Both the position numbers and the translations under genes were made by a program. A stretch of 64,000 bases of DNA from Chiloscyllium plagiosum (taxonomy: Eukaryota). Below the pieces are notes generated by a model. The model saw only the letters and a program-made list of their open reading frames with translations. It had not been told where the DNA came from and did not search any database. Location of the stretch: assembly GCF_004010195.1 (NCBI RefSeq), contig NC_057718.1, forward strand, positions 37,505,650 through 37,569,649, given 5' to 3'. Shown here one piece after another: positions 36,046-48,600 of the stretch (position 1 is the first letter of the stretch; each line of letters begins with the position of its first letter).

Positions 36046-36624
36046 AAACTTGCATCATTCCAGTTATATAAAGGGGGAAAAAAGATTTGCTCAACCCTGT
36101 ATCAAGCCAACAGTTCATCTTTCAGAACAAGTCTGACAATTGCTTGGTTAGTACGTGAATCATGGTTACAGAGATTAATTACAGACTCCGGTGATAAGCT
36201 ATTATAAGAAGAACTATTGTTTCAGTTCTACTGGGGCATGTAGGTGCCCTCTGTAGAAAGCAACCAAACTAAATCATGTCTGTTGTATTGCAAAATCCTA
36301 GAAGTTTCATTCAACGCCTTCTAGGGTCAGGAAAAGGTTCATAGCACTTAATCTAGCTGGAATTTTTACTACTGGTTAAGTTATTCAGGAAAGACGTCGG
36401 CAATGAATAATGAGCACAACTAGTTGGTAATTTTATGAGTCAAATAGACTTTGCCTATTAATGTGTAAGTGTATTTCTACATATTGGCTTGGGCAGCATA
36501 TACAACAGAGTTGGGATCTTATTGAGTCAAATATCTGGAGGTTTATTAATAACTAACTACATACATTAATATATGTCTCCGGCTTATACATACAGTCTGG
36601 GTAATAGATATTTTAATCTGTCTG

Positions 36625-36810
36625 TGATTTTTAAGAAGATTTGTAGCTCAGGTTGAGGTTCAGGTTATAAGTTTGTTCACTGAGCCTGGCAAGTTTGTTC
36701 TCAGACGTTTTGTCACCATGCTGGGTAACATCATCAGTGAGTCTCTGGTGTAGCACTGGTGTTCTGTCTCACTTTCTAGTTATGTGTCTTAGTCTGTTAT
36801 GGTGGGTGAT
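36625..36810 (-). mobile_element. Probable Penelope-like family D terminal repeat with hammerhead
   Basis: Minus strand 36739-36702 reads ca-CTGATGA-T-GTTACC-cagcat-GGTGAC-aAAA-CG-TC-tg. Same architecture as the other families, with G12>A. Boundaries are approximate. Confidence 0.6.
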
Positions 36811-38504
36811 CCAATTTCTGTTTCTATGAAAATCACAAAATTGACCCTTGGTCAAAATATGGTAAGATTCAGTCAGCCTCTTTCTGCACTCCCTGAAGTA
36901 AAGAAAAATCTCAGTTCACTTGAAAAAGATATCCAGATATGTTGCCTTTTTTTTCAAATCCTCAAACAGTTGGACTTTGGCTGTTTTCCAGAACATGCGA
37001 ATGAGTAGACCACACTATGGAAAGCATTCTGAGCTGATGGAGAAACCAAGTTTTCATTTACACAGTTCAACCATGGGCTAATCTCAATCAATCAGTTTGG
37101 GAAAATTGTATTTTATAATTGAGATTAATGGGTTTTACAAAAAGTTGCATGCTTTCTCAGATCATACTAAACATGGAATGACAGAATACATGCTACACAA
37201 TACTTGTAGTTACAAAAAATCAGGGTCTCTTGAGGTAATACAATTCTTTACAATTGGGCTGGATTATCAATAGGTGGGAGTGCATTTGAAACCACATCAC
37301 TAAAAAGTGAGTGCAGAATACGAAACTTTCCCAATAGAATATGGAAATAAAACAAAGAAATTTATCTTGCCCATCTTTCCTTCTTCTTCAATCCTTGGTG
37401 TGTTGAGCTCAACATATTATATTATTGTCTCTCTACAATAATTTTTGATCAATCTTGTATTTTCGCCATTTATTATAGATTTGGTGAATTCTGTTACAAT
37501 CATATAAATCCTTTATTGACGTCTCTGAACATGAAACAACTAATAATGGAACAAGACAGTGGAGGCTTGGAGATGGCAGGATAAAGCCACTGACATTACT
37601 TATGAGATGAAAAGTGTCTTTCTTTTTCAGTTGGCCAAAGCTGAGCCTTAGGTCCATGTTAGTGATTAATATGTTACAACAATGCCTTCAATATCGTTGC
37701 AGTAATAAACTCAACAGGAGTTAATTAATTGCTGTCTAATATATTTCAGAACTGGATCTGCACTCTCATTACAAGCAAGTACTAAACATGAGTTGAAAAA
37801 TGAGTCTTACTTCAGTGGTTTTCCTCTGCTTTCCATATTGCTCATAGTATTACACAAGGTCACCACAGTTCATTGGTAGACTCAAGAGGTGTTTATTGAA
37901 GGATGGTAAGGTTCACCGGGTTATTAATAATCTCTATGTCAAACAAATCAACAACCGATTGGTCAGCAAAGTGTAATTCAAGAGTAAAAGGAATAATTTG
38001 GTGTCAATTTTAGCAGTTTCTTGAACTATTTTAATACTAACGTTTGACTTTTAATTTAGGTTCTTTATTAACTCAATAAACATGTAAGAATCAGACTATT
38101 TTTATTCAATACACAACACATTTTCAATGGTATGACATTCTTTTCCAAGATAAGCATTTCAAATTAGTGACTTGATGTTTGTTCAATTATTTCTGAAAAT
38201 TCACATTAAATCCCCAAAAGGGTGACTTGACTGTTCTCATTGGAACCGTTGGAGAAGTATGCAAAAGTTCGAAAGTAGATCCAAAGAATTGGGGGAGATT
38301 TAAAGAACAAAAAAGGAAGACAAATAAGATTGTAAGATCTGCAACTGAGAATACAGAAAGAGACTTGCAAGGATTATGAAGATTAAATGTCTTTCCATTT
38401 ATATTGAAGGAGGAAGGATCTTCCATGTAAGTGCGAGCCTATACATTCTGAATCAATCATTTTGTAAATTGCAAAAGTTAGATGTGTCACGTTACCTGTA
38501 TTTT

Positions 38505-38762
38505 TTTTAATCAACCTATTCAGACATACCTCGGAAGTATGGTGGATGTGAAACCAGGCTCCTGGCCCAGATATAAGGACACTACTTCTGGATTACAAGA
38601 ACTGCAATGTTACCTGTGTGTCAATAGGAGTTTTACTGGCATCAGTTGGTGGGCATAATAAGGGACATAGCTAGTGTCTCTCAGACTAAGCCAGAAGGCC
38701 AGGGTTCAAGACTCACTTGCCTGTGATATGTGTCACAACATGTCTGAACAAGTTTATTAAGA
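38505..38762. mobile_element. Two decayed short tRNA-like SINE copies in divergent orientation
   Basis: 38505-38600 (minus) and ~38660-38762 (plus) are reverse-complement homologs: aatcaacctattcagacat versus atgtctgaacaagtttatt. A B-box-like gggttcaagactc is present. Confidence 0.55.
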
Positions 38763-38879
38763 CAGCTATAGGGACAGACAGAAATTATGGTTGTGAGACT
38801 GATGCTGCACAATATGCAATGTATAACTGTTGTTATAAATGCAGAGCCTTTGATTCTGCCCTTTTATATTTTTCCCTAT

Positions 38880-39665
38880 TTTGATCATATTTACATTCTA
38901 TTCTTTTCCTGTCATACTCTGGTTACCATGCCTTATATTTCTACCCTGTGTTCTAACATTGCCTTTTTTGTGACTTAGTAAACTTTCATCACAACATTAT
39001 ACAACCCAGCCCCCTCCATAACTACCCAAATATTTCATTTTAAACACTCTCTCTAGGCTTAGTTATCCATTCATCATGATATTCATCCCAGCACAGTCCA
39101 GGTGAAACCCATCCCATTGATGATGTGGAGGTGCCAGTGGACTGGGTTGGACAAAGTTAAAAATCACACAGCATCCTATAACCTGGTGTTGTGTGATTGT
39201 TAACTCCATCCAATAAAGACAGTACCTTCTTTCCTCAGTCGTAGTGCCAGTGTTCCAAGAATTGAAACCTACTTCTCTGACATCAATCTTTGAGATGCAC
39301 GTTCAACTCTCAGATCTAATTCACCCCATGCCAATTTGCTTGTGATTCAGGTAGCAATCCAGAGATTACTACTTTGCTGATTCTGTTATTCAATTTAGCC
39401 CTCGCTGCTTATTCTCCCTCAACAGAAACTCTTTCTTAGCCCTAAGTATACAGTTGGTAACCAAATGGACCGTGGTAAATGGATCCTTCCCTTCGCACTC
39501 CAAGTTCTTCTCCTGTCCTGAGGAGATGTCATTTATCCAGGCACAAGACATGAAACACAGCCTTCTGGATTCGAGCTCCTGGATTTGGAAAACAGTATCT
39601 GTTCAACTCACTATACTGCACCCTCCAATTCTCTGCAATTTAAATGATCCTTTAACCACAGCTCC
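38880..39665 (-). mobile_element. CR1 LINE ORF1 (SGNH esterase) region, old
   Basis: Minus-strand translation gives LECEGKDPFTTVHLVTN and KVVISGLLPE; homologous to 44030-44340. Confidence 0.7.
39118..39205. mobile_element. Penelope-like family B mini-palindrome (no hammerhead), ~9-bp TSD
   Basis: ccatcccat (39109-39117) versus ccatccaat (39206-39214); arms agttaaaaatcacaca and tgtgtgattgttaact. Confidence 0.8.
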
Positions 39666-40439
39666 ATAGCCCCCATACCATGCACCTTTCAGTTACCTCA
39701 TCAACACTGCAATCATTGTTCTCATCAATATAAGCTGCAGCACATCACCTTTCCTACTGTCTCTCTTGAACTAATTGGGGTTGTAATAGGTAATTTATCT
39801 AATTATGCTATAAATTTAATGCATATTTACAGATTCCTAGTCCTAGTTTAAATGACTAACCTATTCTAGAAGGGACAAAAAAATTCACCAATTACTATCA
39901 AATTAATGCCTCTAGACCTCTCAGGCCTCACTGTCTCTCTTTCCTCTCCCAGGCAGCTCTTGTTTTGTAACAGACCCAGTATAATACTTCTCACTCACCG
40001 AATTCCTGATCTAAGCACTTTCTATGAACCTTACTCTATTGAGCTTGACTCCAACCTACTCATTCTGTGTATTAGCAAAAGTCTCCTTTATTTATATTAG
40101 TAAGACAAGCGGAGCTGACCAGGTAGCTAGTTCGACTCATCACCTAATTAAGTGTGCAGGTACCACTAGCAGGCATCTTATCTACTATTGGCTAACATTA
40201 TAAAAGAAACTATTAGTTCAGATTATATTTAAGTTTAATGCTAAAAGCTTGTAGTATTCCCTCATTCATCGAATTTCTGAATTACAGTAAATGCTCTGTT
40301 GAATCTGTACTGTATTGAGTTGGCCTCAGTGCTACTTCTTTGAAAGTTTTGACAGTGTCTCCTCCTCAGAAAAGTCTGACACCATGAGGAAATTTCAAAA
40401 TGAAGGTGCCCTGGGAGGAGTAAAATAATTAAAGATTTT

Positions 40440-40685
40440 ACAAAACAATATCAGGAATTACTGGAAAACCTTCTGGTAGCATCTGTGGAGAGAGAGCAGA
40501 GTTAATTTTTCAGATCCAGATAGCCTTCAGAAGAACCTTTCAGACCCTTCTGAAGCAGGGTCACTGGACCCAAAACGTTAACTCCGCTTTCTCTCCACAG
40601 ATGCTGCCAGGCCTGCAGAGTTTTTCCATCAATTGTTGACTTTGTTTCTGATGTCCAGCATCCACAGTTCTTTGGGTTTCTTTGT
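40440..40685. mobile_element. Penelope-like family C palindromic cassette, ~10-bp TSD
   Basis: ttaaagattt occurs at 40429-40438 and 40686-40695. Degenerate hammerheads sit back-to-back around 40500-40585 (ctgaagcagggtcactggacccaaaacgttaact). Confidence 0.8.
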
Positions 40686-42295
40686 TTAAAGATTTAAGAG
40701 GTGGAAAAAGGTAGCAGGTCAAGAGGGCAAGTCTTACAGGGACATTATTAGAGCTTTAAGGACTGCCTGTTCTTCCTGGCATTTCATGAATGAGGCAAGG
40801 TGCCTGTCTCCCAGCTTGCCACAAGAATGCCACCTCCATTGAGCTGGCATTGCCCTATGTGACTGGGGGCCACATTGTCAATGTCAAAACGCCAGTGCAG
40901 TATCAACCCCAACTGGCTCCTTAATTATTTCAGCTGCCTGCCTGCCTGCCTCGGTGCAAGGGACAGCAAATACTTCATCCAGCTCACCCTGGGAATGTTC
41001 TCCAGCAGTGGGAATGTACCAACAAGTCATTCCAATGTTTCACCTCCTGCGCCCCCTTCCTATTCCAGCACTGATCTAACAGGTAAAGAATAAAATGCTT
41101 GTACTGCTTTTGCAATGCAATTTAAGCCTGGAAGGATATATTGCCATTCCACATCATGGGAATTTGTCATGATTTCATTGTTTTGAAAGTGCGTTTTCTT
41201 TTGCAGTGAGTAATTATGAAACGAGTAATGACAGTTTCTCAGGTAGTGGTTTGTATGCAGTGAAGTGTGAGATTTAGTGAGCCTTCATTTAGTAATCAAT
41301 GGCGAAATATGTTTTTAATTGCCCTTGGAATCTAATTGGGAAATATACAGCCAAACTCGATGGGAAAAATAAACCAAAATAATTGGTCAAAAGATTAATG
41401 ATCGTTGTACCTCCGAACAAAAGTAGCTTTAACGCCAGAAATATGTTGCTACAAATGTTTTCTTGCTATTTAATAGTTTTACATATTTAAAGGGTAGCAT
41501 TTTCACATGAAATGATACCGTTGTGCAACTGAAAATGTGTTACATTTTTATTAATTTGCTCATTCTTCAGTCTTCATTTCCTAATATTTGCAGCACAATT
41601 TCTATGTATCCTTGAAAATACTGTACTTCATTTTCCACTACTTTAATGCCTTATAAAGTCAAGTTATTGGCTGTTAAAGTTTTCAATTGGTTTTATTTTG
41701 CAGTCAGCTTTATGAAATGATGTGGCACTAGACTTGAAGAAAGTAGCCCACAAAGATCTAGTGTGTTCTGTGATGTAGAACTCCTATTTCTTAAAATCAA
41801 TTTATTTCTTGGGTGAAGCCAAGGGAACCTTCAGTTATCCTGATGACCAATGACATCAGACCTCCCACCAGATCCTCCGCTCCAAGCAACAGACCAATGA
41901 CATCAGGCAGAGTAAGCAATCAATCACATTGAAATATTCTCACAGACAGCAACTAAAATCCATTGAACAGGTCGCATCTAATTTTTAAAGTTTATAAACA
42001 GTGAAGGATTAGGACACATGCATGGAATCAAGACAGGATATAAAGTAGCATATATGGAATTTCTGATACAGTGGAGAAATTTAACAATAAATAAATATAA
42101 AGTTATTCTTTCAGGGAAAATAAGGCTGCTTAGCAGTAATTGTGAATTTTGTATGTCCTTTAAAACCCAATTTTTGCACCTCCTTTATGAGTGTCTAAAT
42201 ATTTCAAGGGTTTTCTTTTCAATGAGACTATGTAGGTGTGGACATCAGTCCCAATGATTTCAATGTTCTTTGTGGGATCCTGCTGCTATAGAATG

Positions 42296-42483
42296 ATTTG
42301 CAGATGCCGAAGTTCGACTGGGGTGGACAAAGTTAAAAATCACACAACACCAGGTTACAGTCCAACAGGTTTAATTAGAAGCACTAGCCTTCAGAGCGCC
42401 ACCTGATGAAGGAGCAGCGCTCCAAAAGCTAGTGCTTGCAATTAAACCTGTTGGACTATAACCTGGTGCTGTGTGATTTTTAA
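42296..42483. mobile_element. Penelope-like family B palindromic cassette, 13-bp TSD
   Basis: ctgctatagaatg occurs at 42283-42295 and 42484-42496. Hammerhead cacCTGATGAAGGAGCagcGCTCCaAAAGCTAgtg at 42400-42434 (G12>A). Confidence 0.92.
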
Positions 42484-42639
42484 CTGCTATAGAATGGTTA
42501 TGTTGTTGCCTACATTAACAACATGCATTCCTAGAAGTAATTTGTTATGTGCCCTCTTCTCCTACATTCTAAATGAATAATACATTATTATTTTTTGTTC
42601 ATTAGGACAGATTAACAAATGACAGCTTGATAGCACAGC

Positions 42640-42990
42640 CTTTAAATTGATCAATTTCCAGAAATTCAGATTAAAGCCCAGTTTGCAGACTCCCCTACAA
42701 AGGGGAAGCAATCTTTCTGATTCTACCCCTTCTAGCCCCCAACGAATCATGTATGCTTCAATAAGATTGCCTCTCGTTGTTCCAAATTCCAATGAGTACA
42801 GTCCAACCTATTCTACCTCTCCCCAAAAGACAGTCCCTCCATACCTGGTATCAACCAAATGAACCTTCTCTTGACTGTAACCAATTCCAGTGTATCTTTC
42901 ATTAGATAAGAAGCAAATATAAGGAGCAAGAGGGTAACTAGGGAAAGACTGGTCCACTCAAGGAGAAAAGAGAGAATTTATATATGGACC
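42640..42990. mobile_element. Abutting CR1 fragments (minus 42640-42910, plus 42911-42990)
   Basis: The minus ORF gives RGNLIEAYMIRWGLEGVESERLLPL. The plus piece aggagcaagagggtaactagggaaagactggtccactcaagg matches 1915-1950 and 2050-2065. Confidence 0.7.
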
Positions 42991-43170
42991 TAGCTCTTTG
43001 GGGACAGAATAGGAAGTTGGAAAATGCTAGGGATGTTTAACACTAATGTGGGCAAGTTAGGAGATTGAACATCCAATGATAGTCACTTGAGCAGTCAATT
43101 AAGGGTCTCCTCTCACTTCCATGACATTTTGACGACATCGGGATGGTCTGCTACTGAATGGGAGAGTGGA

Positions 43171-43375
43171 CAGTGAAACAAGGTCTGAGGAGACTTCTCA
43201 GTGAAACCAGTATGAGGAGACTTCCCAGTGAAACCAAGTCTGAGACTTCCCAGTGAAACCAGTATGAGGAGACTACCCAGTGAAACCTGGTCTGAGGAGA
43301 CTTCCCAGTGAAACCAGGTCTGAGGAAACTTCCCAGTGAAACCAGGTCTAGGAGACTTCCCAGTGAAACCTGGTG
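43171..43375. repeat. ~28-bp minisatellite (CAGTGAAACCAGGTCTGAGGAGACTTCC)n
   Basis: Eight CAGTGAAAC cores spaced 25-28 bp apart. Confidence 0.95.
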
Positions 43376-44019
43376 TCCATCCAATGGTGTCCATCTCTGA
43401 AGGGAGATCCTCCTTTAGAAACACAGATAGACACCTCTCTTCAGTAGGGCCCAGATAAGGTTTACATCAGGACCCAATGCCGGTATTCTAAGTGGGGTGT
43501 AGAACTTGCTGTGCTCAGGTCACAGGCGAGAGCGGAGCCAGGGGCTCCAGGGGTCAAGAGATCCAGGGGTCATGGACAGGAGCAGCTCTGAGGTCCATGA
43601 TTTCTGTTCATGTCTCTGCCAGAGGTAGCTATCCTACTGCCATCCTTAATGACCACACATCCATAGCCAATTGCTATGGCCACCTCCATGCACTTACTGA
43701 GATCACAAGCAATCAATACCATCAGTGTGGATTAGCTTTCAGTTGTTATTTTTTTTTCTGTTACAAAAATCAAGGCTTTTATTTTGTGATACAATTTAAA
43801 TAAACGTGCAACTGAAAGTGATTTGATGTACACATTTCCCACTATTATTATAAATGAAGTTATGCAAAATTTGCATTCGATCACATTAATATACTGAATT
43901 CATCAATACTGTATAGAGTTCAAGCACTGCCTATTAATTATGGAGTGTACTGTGCCTAGTTTAGACTAGCATAAAGGGAGAATTGTACCTTCATCGGTAT
44001 TTTACTGATCACTGAGAGT

Positions 44020-45625
44020 ATGAGTCCCAAATGCTGCGTTGTCTGCTCAGAACTAGAGAGGACCTTGCAATGGAAGGGGAAGGACCCAGCTGTCATGGTG
44101 CATGAGGGTACCAATGATATAGGTAAGAGCAAAATTAATAGCTGCTAAATTGAGAAGCAGAACCATAAATATCTCCGAGCCAAGGCTGAAGTGGCAGCAG
44201 TTAAATAAAATCACATTGAATTCACAGCTCAAAGACTAACATGGAAGAACTGGGTTTCAATTTAATTCACCAGTACTGGTGAAAGAGGAAGTTGTACATT
44301 TAGGATTATCTACATGTGAGCCAGGTTGGACCAGTTTCCCGGAGGTTCATTTATCTAAGGATGCAGAAAGGGCTTTGAATTGAGTAGCAGAGGAGGGTTC
44401 ACGTAATTTTGAAATATTAAAGGAAAAGGATAAGGCAATAGCACAGGATTGTGATGTGTGTAATGGTAACCAAAGTGTAACCAGAAGGGACAAAACATAC
44501 AAACATAAATTTGTAAATATAGTAAGACTACAAAATATATGAACTCATGGCACAAATGGAGATAAATCATTTGGATATAAATGGCATTGCAGAGAAATGA
44601 TTGCAAAATGAGGAAGATTGAAAAATAAATATTCCAGAATACATGTTTTGAAAAGACAGGAAGAGCAAGCCTCAACTATAAGGATGACATTTGGAGATTT
44701 TTGGACAAGGATCTTGACTCAGAAAATCAGGAAGCAGAATAAGTCTGCGTGGAGATTAGGAATAACAAGTCAAAAAATGTTGTTGTGCAAAATGTATATG
44801 CCTCCCATCAATACTAACATCATAGCATAAAGCATTAAACATGAATTTATTGGAGCTTATAATAAAGGCATGTAATATTTGTATTAATTTAATCTTCGTA
44901 TAGACTGGACCAATCAAACTGTAATGTTGGTCTAGAAGATAAGTTCATTGAATGTTCTTGTGACAATTTCTCAGAGATATATTTTGTAGAATGAACTAGG
45001 AATGCCATGATTTTAGAACTAGTGTTGTGCAATGAGGCAAATTTATATCTACTGGGAAATCATGATCATTGTGCAATGTAAGTTCATGTTAAATTTCAAA
45101 ATGACATACTCCAATCACAGATAAGCATCAGAAATTCAAAGCCAGTTACATCAGAATGAGGTGAGATCTTCAGCAAAACTACATCCATTGAGAAACAAAA
45201 ACTGACAAAGATCCATCTCATGCTTAGTAAGAAGATTAAGGATAGCATGAGGTTAAAATAAGTGGCTTATAATGTTGCAAATAATGTAAATGACTCTGAG
45301 TTTTGGGAGTATCTTAGAAAACATCCAAAAAATTGACAAAAAGTTGACAAAAAGGGGAAGAAATAGAATCAGCATAAACTAGCCAGGAAAATAGAAACAG
45401 ACTGTGAGAGCTCTGCAAACACATAAAAGGAGGAAAAGAATGGTTGAAGTTACCATTGAACCTTTACAGGCAGAGATGGGAGGGATTGTCATGGGGAATG
45501 AGAAAATTGCTAAGACGGAGAATAAATATTTTGAGTCTGTCTTCACAGTAGGCGATACAAGTTACATACGAGAAGAAGAGAGTAACCTGAGGCTAGAAAA
45601 GTGTAAGGAAATTAAAGTATGTAGT
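44020..45625 (+). mobile_element. Old CR1 LINE 5' half (ORF1 esterase, APE and linker)
   Basis: WKGKDPAVMVHEGTNDIGK (ORF1), ELMAQMEINHLDINGIAEK (APE) and MGNEKIAKTENKYFESVFT (ORF 45404-45703). Confidence 0.8.
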
Positions 45626-48600
45626 AACAGCAGATATGTCCAATTTCTTGTGTACCAATCAATAATGGCTCATTTGGAATCAAGACACATTATATCTGTT
45701 TAAAGTTCATGCTTCTTACACTCGCAAATAGAGTTTTTCTTTTGAGAGAGTAATGTGCTAGGATAAGGCCATTACTTCCACAATGAATCACAAAATATGT
45801 ATCCACACAAGAGATTTGTTGAAGATAAACTGGAGGGTTGGATCATGTGGTTTGACGATGTTAAATTGTCCAGAATAGATGATGACATAAATTAAATATT
45901 TGATGATGTTTTATCCAAGTACTTTCAGTATGGCTGTCCTCTGATACTATGGGAACATTTTGATGGAATTCACTGTAATCTTGACAGAAGACCCCCCAGA
46001 AATTATTGGCATATGCCTATTGGTAAACAACAGAATAATCAATTTCAACTGCATCAGGAAGAGCTGAAAAGGTAATGTCATATAATTCAACAACCAGTGC
46101 TAAAACCCATTCCAATAATGACCCCTCTGAACGGAGTCAGCATTTCAAATGTTTTATAAAATACAGAGAAGTTTACAATCTATGGAAAACATATTCCATT
46201 TTATCATGTCATCACCTTCAATACAAAATTTTGCACTAATTCAACATCCTTAATGTCCCAACTTATTTCATAAAAGCTACTATTTTGCTTATTGAGCCTT
46301 ATTAATTTTTGACACAAAAGAGATAAAGGTTAATTAAAATTGTCTCTTAAATAATTTGCAGTTATGAAAGTGATACAATTGATCAATCTTTGCATATTTC
46401 ATCTTAATTTGAGCTACATTATAAATATTATCTAACCCACGTGCTCTAGCTGTACTGTACATATTTGGCTAATGCAAAGCAATTCATCCTCCCATCAAAT
46501 ATCACAGAGTATTTCCTTGTGTCCCAAATCCAACTTTTTCCTCTGTTTATAGTCGAGAGTTTCTCATGTCAAGGATAACTTTTCTATGCTGTGCACTGAC
46601 TTGGAGCCACTTCACTGTTATGTTCTTTTAATAAGCTACATTCATCATATTGAGGAGCTTGTTAAACTTGTTTTGACTCTGACTATTAACTGGAGAACAG
46701 CACATCTGTAATAGGAGGGGCTGAAGCAGATGTGGATGATGGTTTTTGGGAATAGGTGAACTGAGTATAAAGCATAGTATTTGGGTCCCATAGTAAAGAC
46801 ATATTATCCAGTTTCTACAAGTCATTTAATTTATAGAGATTGGACACATACAAAATGTTTTCTTATCATTAACCAAAATCATGGTTTCTGTCAAACCAGT
46901 CCAATTTGATTTGGTTCTCTCATGGTCAATATATTCATGGAAATAATTTATGTACTTCACAGTCTTGTATGGGTCTCTGCATAACTCTATATAACTCCAC
47001 TTGCTATGTGATTTTAATAAAATAACTTCATTTTGGAAATACACTTCATTTTGTTACAACAATCTCTGGATATCACAATTCTTCCTTGTAATACTAAAAA
47101 AAAGCTTTTACTGCCTCATTTTTTTCAGCACCTCTTCTCTGTTTTGAACTGTTCAGATGTGATGTAAAAAGAATGTATAAGGTTTATACTGGAACACCAT
47201 TCTAGACAACTTTGGATATTTACATTTGAACATTTTACATTCTTATTTTCCCATTCATGAGTTCTGTCTCATGGTAGAAAATACTTCCTCTATTTAGCAT
47301 CCATGATATTTCTCCAGTGACAATGACCCCCACAGCCAGTTAAGTGGCTTGAATACAGATTATAAAAATCAATACTTCTAAACTTTCCCATATTTAGTAC
47401 ATTTTTCTGGAATGCTCTTAGAAGAGTTCAAAGAGTTGAAAGTTATGTTCTTAAACCATTAAGTGGCGGTGGAAAAGTTAATACAGCTCATAAATTTTCC
47501 TTGTGACCAGCAAAATGGAATTCAAAATGTGGCTTTGTAAAAGCCAGTGAACTGATACTATTCTTTCACAGCACAAACCACATCTGTTTCCTGCCTCCTC
47601 ATCAGATGGTTTTGTTTTATTCTTAACCCTCTAATTTATCCCACAGCTAATTTAAAAATAACAGTGAGCTGAAACATATGTGCTCTCAAAACCAGGAGAA
47701 TCTTCTGTTCTGAAACGAACAACTTCTCTGGGTCAGTTCACACAGCCAGATACAAGACATGAATTAAAAAGTAATTTACGTCAGCATCTTTGGATGGAAA
47801 TTCACTGGAAGGTCCTCAGTTATTACCTGAGGCCCTTTTTAAACCTTGCATCACCAACAGCTTCTTCCCTGCACTCCACCCCTCCTCTAGTGCTATGCTA
47901 ATTATACAATGTAGTGTGAAAAATAGAATTGCTACATTGGTATTGAGTGGAGCAGAGTGAGGAACCTATTAAGAATTCATCTAGGGGTTCAAAGGTTAAA
48001 GCCAGAGCACCCCATAATCACAATATTGTGTGTTGAGGTCAAAGCTAAAGAAGCTAACATGACCCACGAGAAAAATTCTGTTTCAAACATGATTCATTGT
48101 CAAAATATTTTACTGTACATACTCTGAATTAGAAGATAGCTGCACATTGTTTATTTTGCTGCCCCTGACTCCTATTCCCTAGGATTCCCATCTCAGTGAG
48201 TGCAGAGGACATTATTGTGCTTTATTGTACTGTCAGCTTTCTTGGGAGTTTTCCTTACCAACATGGTAGGAATGGGGGAAGAGTGGATGGACCACACGAA
48301 ACTGGGAAAAATGGGTTTCTTGACATACAATGGAGCTTGGTCCTGAAACTTTTCCCAGGCATCAATCAGCTTGATTGGGAGAGTTAGCTTCTTGTCCAGC
48401 AGTGAACACTCCAGATTGGATTACAGGGTTGGAAAGGTCAAATCCCCAATGGCAGGATGGGCCTTGATCTGCAAATGAATAGGGCTTTGATCCCAAGGAT
48501 CAGGGGAGTTGTGGGAGGGTGAGGAGATCAGACTGATTAGAGTTCTGACACCTGTGAAGTTAAATTCAAGAGGAGTGAGAAATTTCCAGAAGCGTTTCCG

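Noticed and set aside
43171..43375. ~28-bp repeats containing GTGAAAC, superficially like a CRISPR array
   Set aside because: Units are contiguous with no unique spacers, there are no cas genes, and the context is vertebrate; this is a minisatellite.
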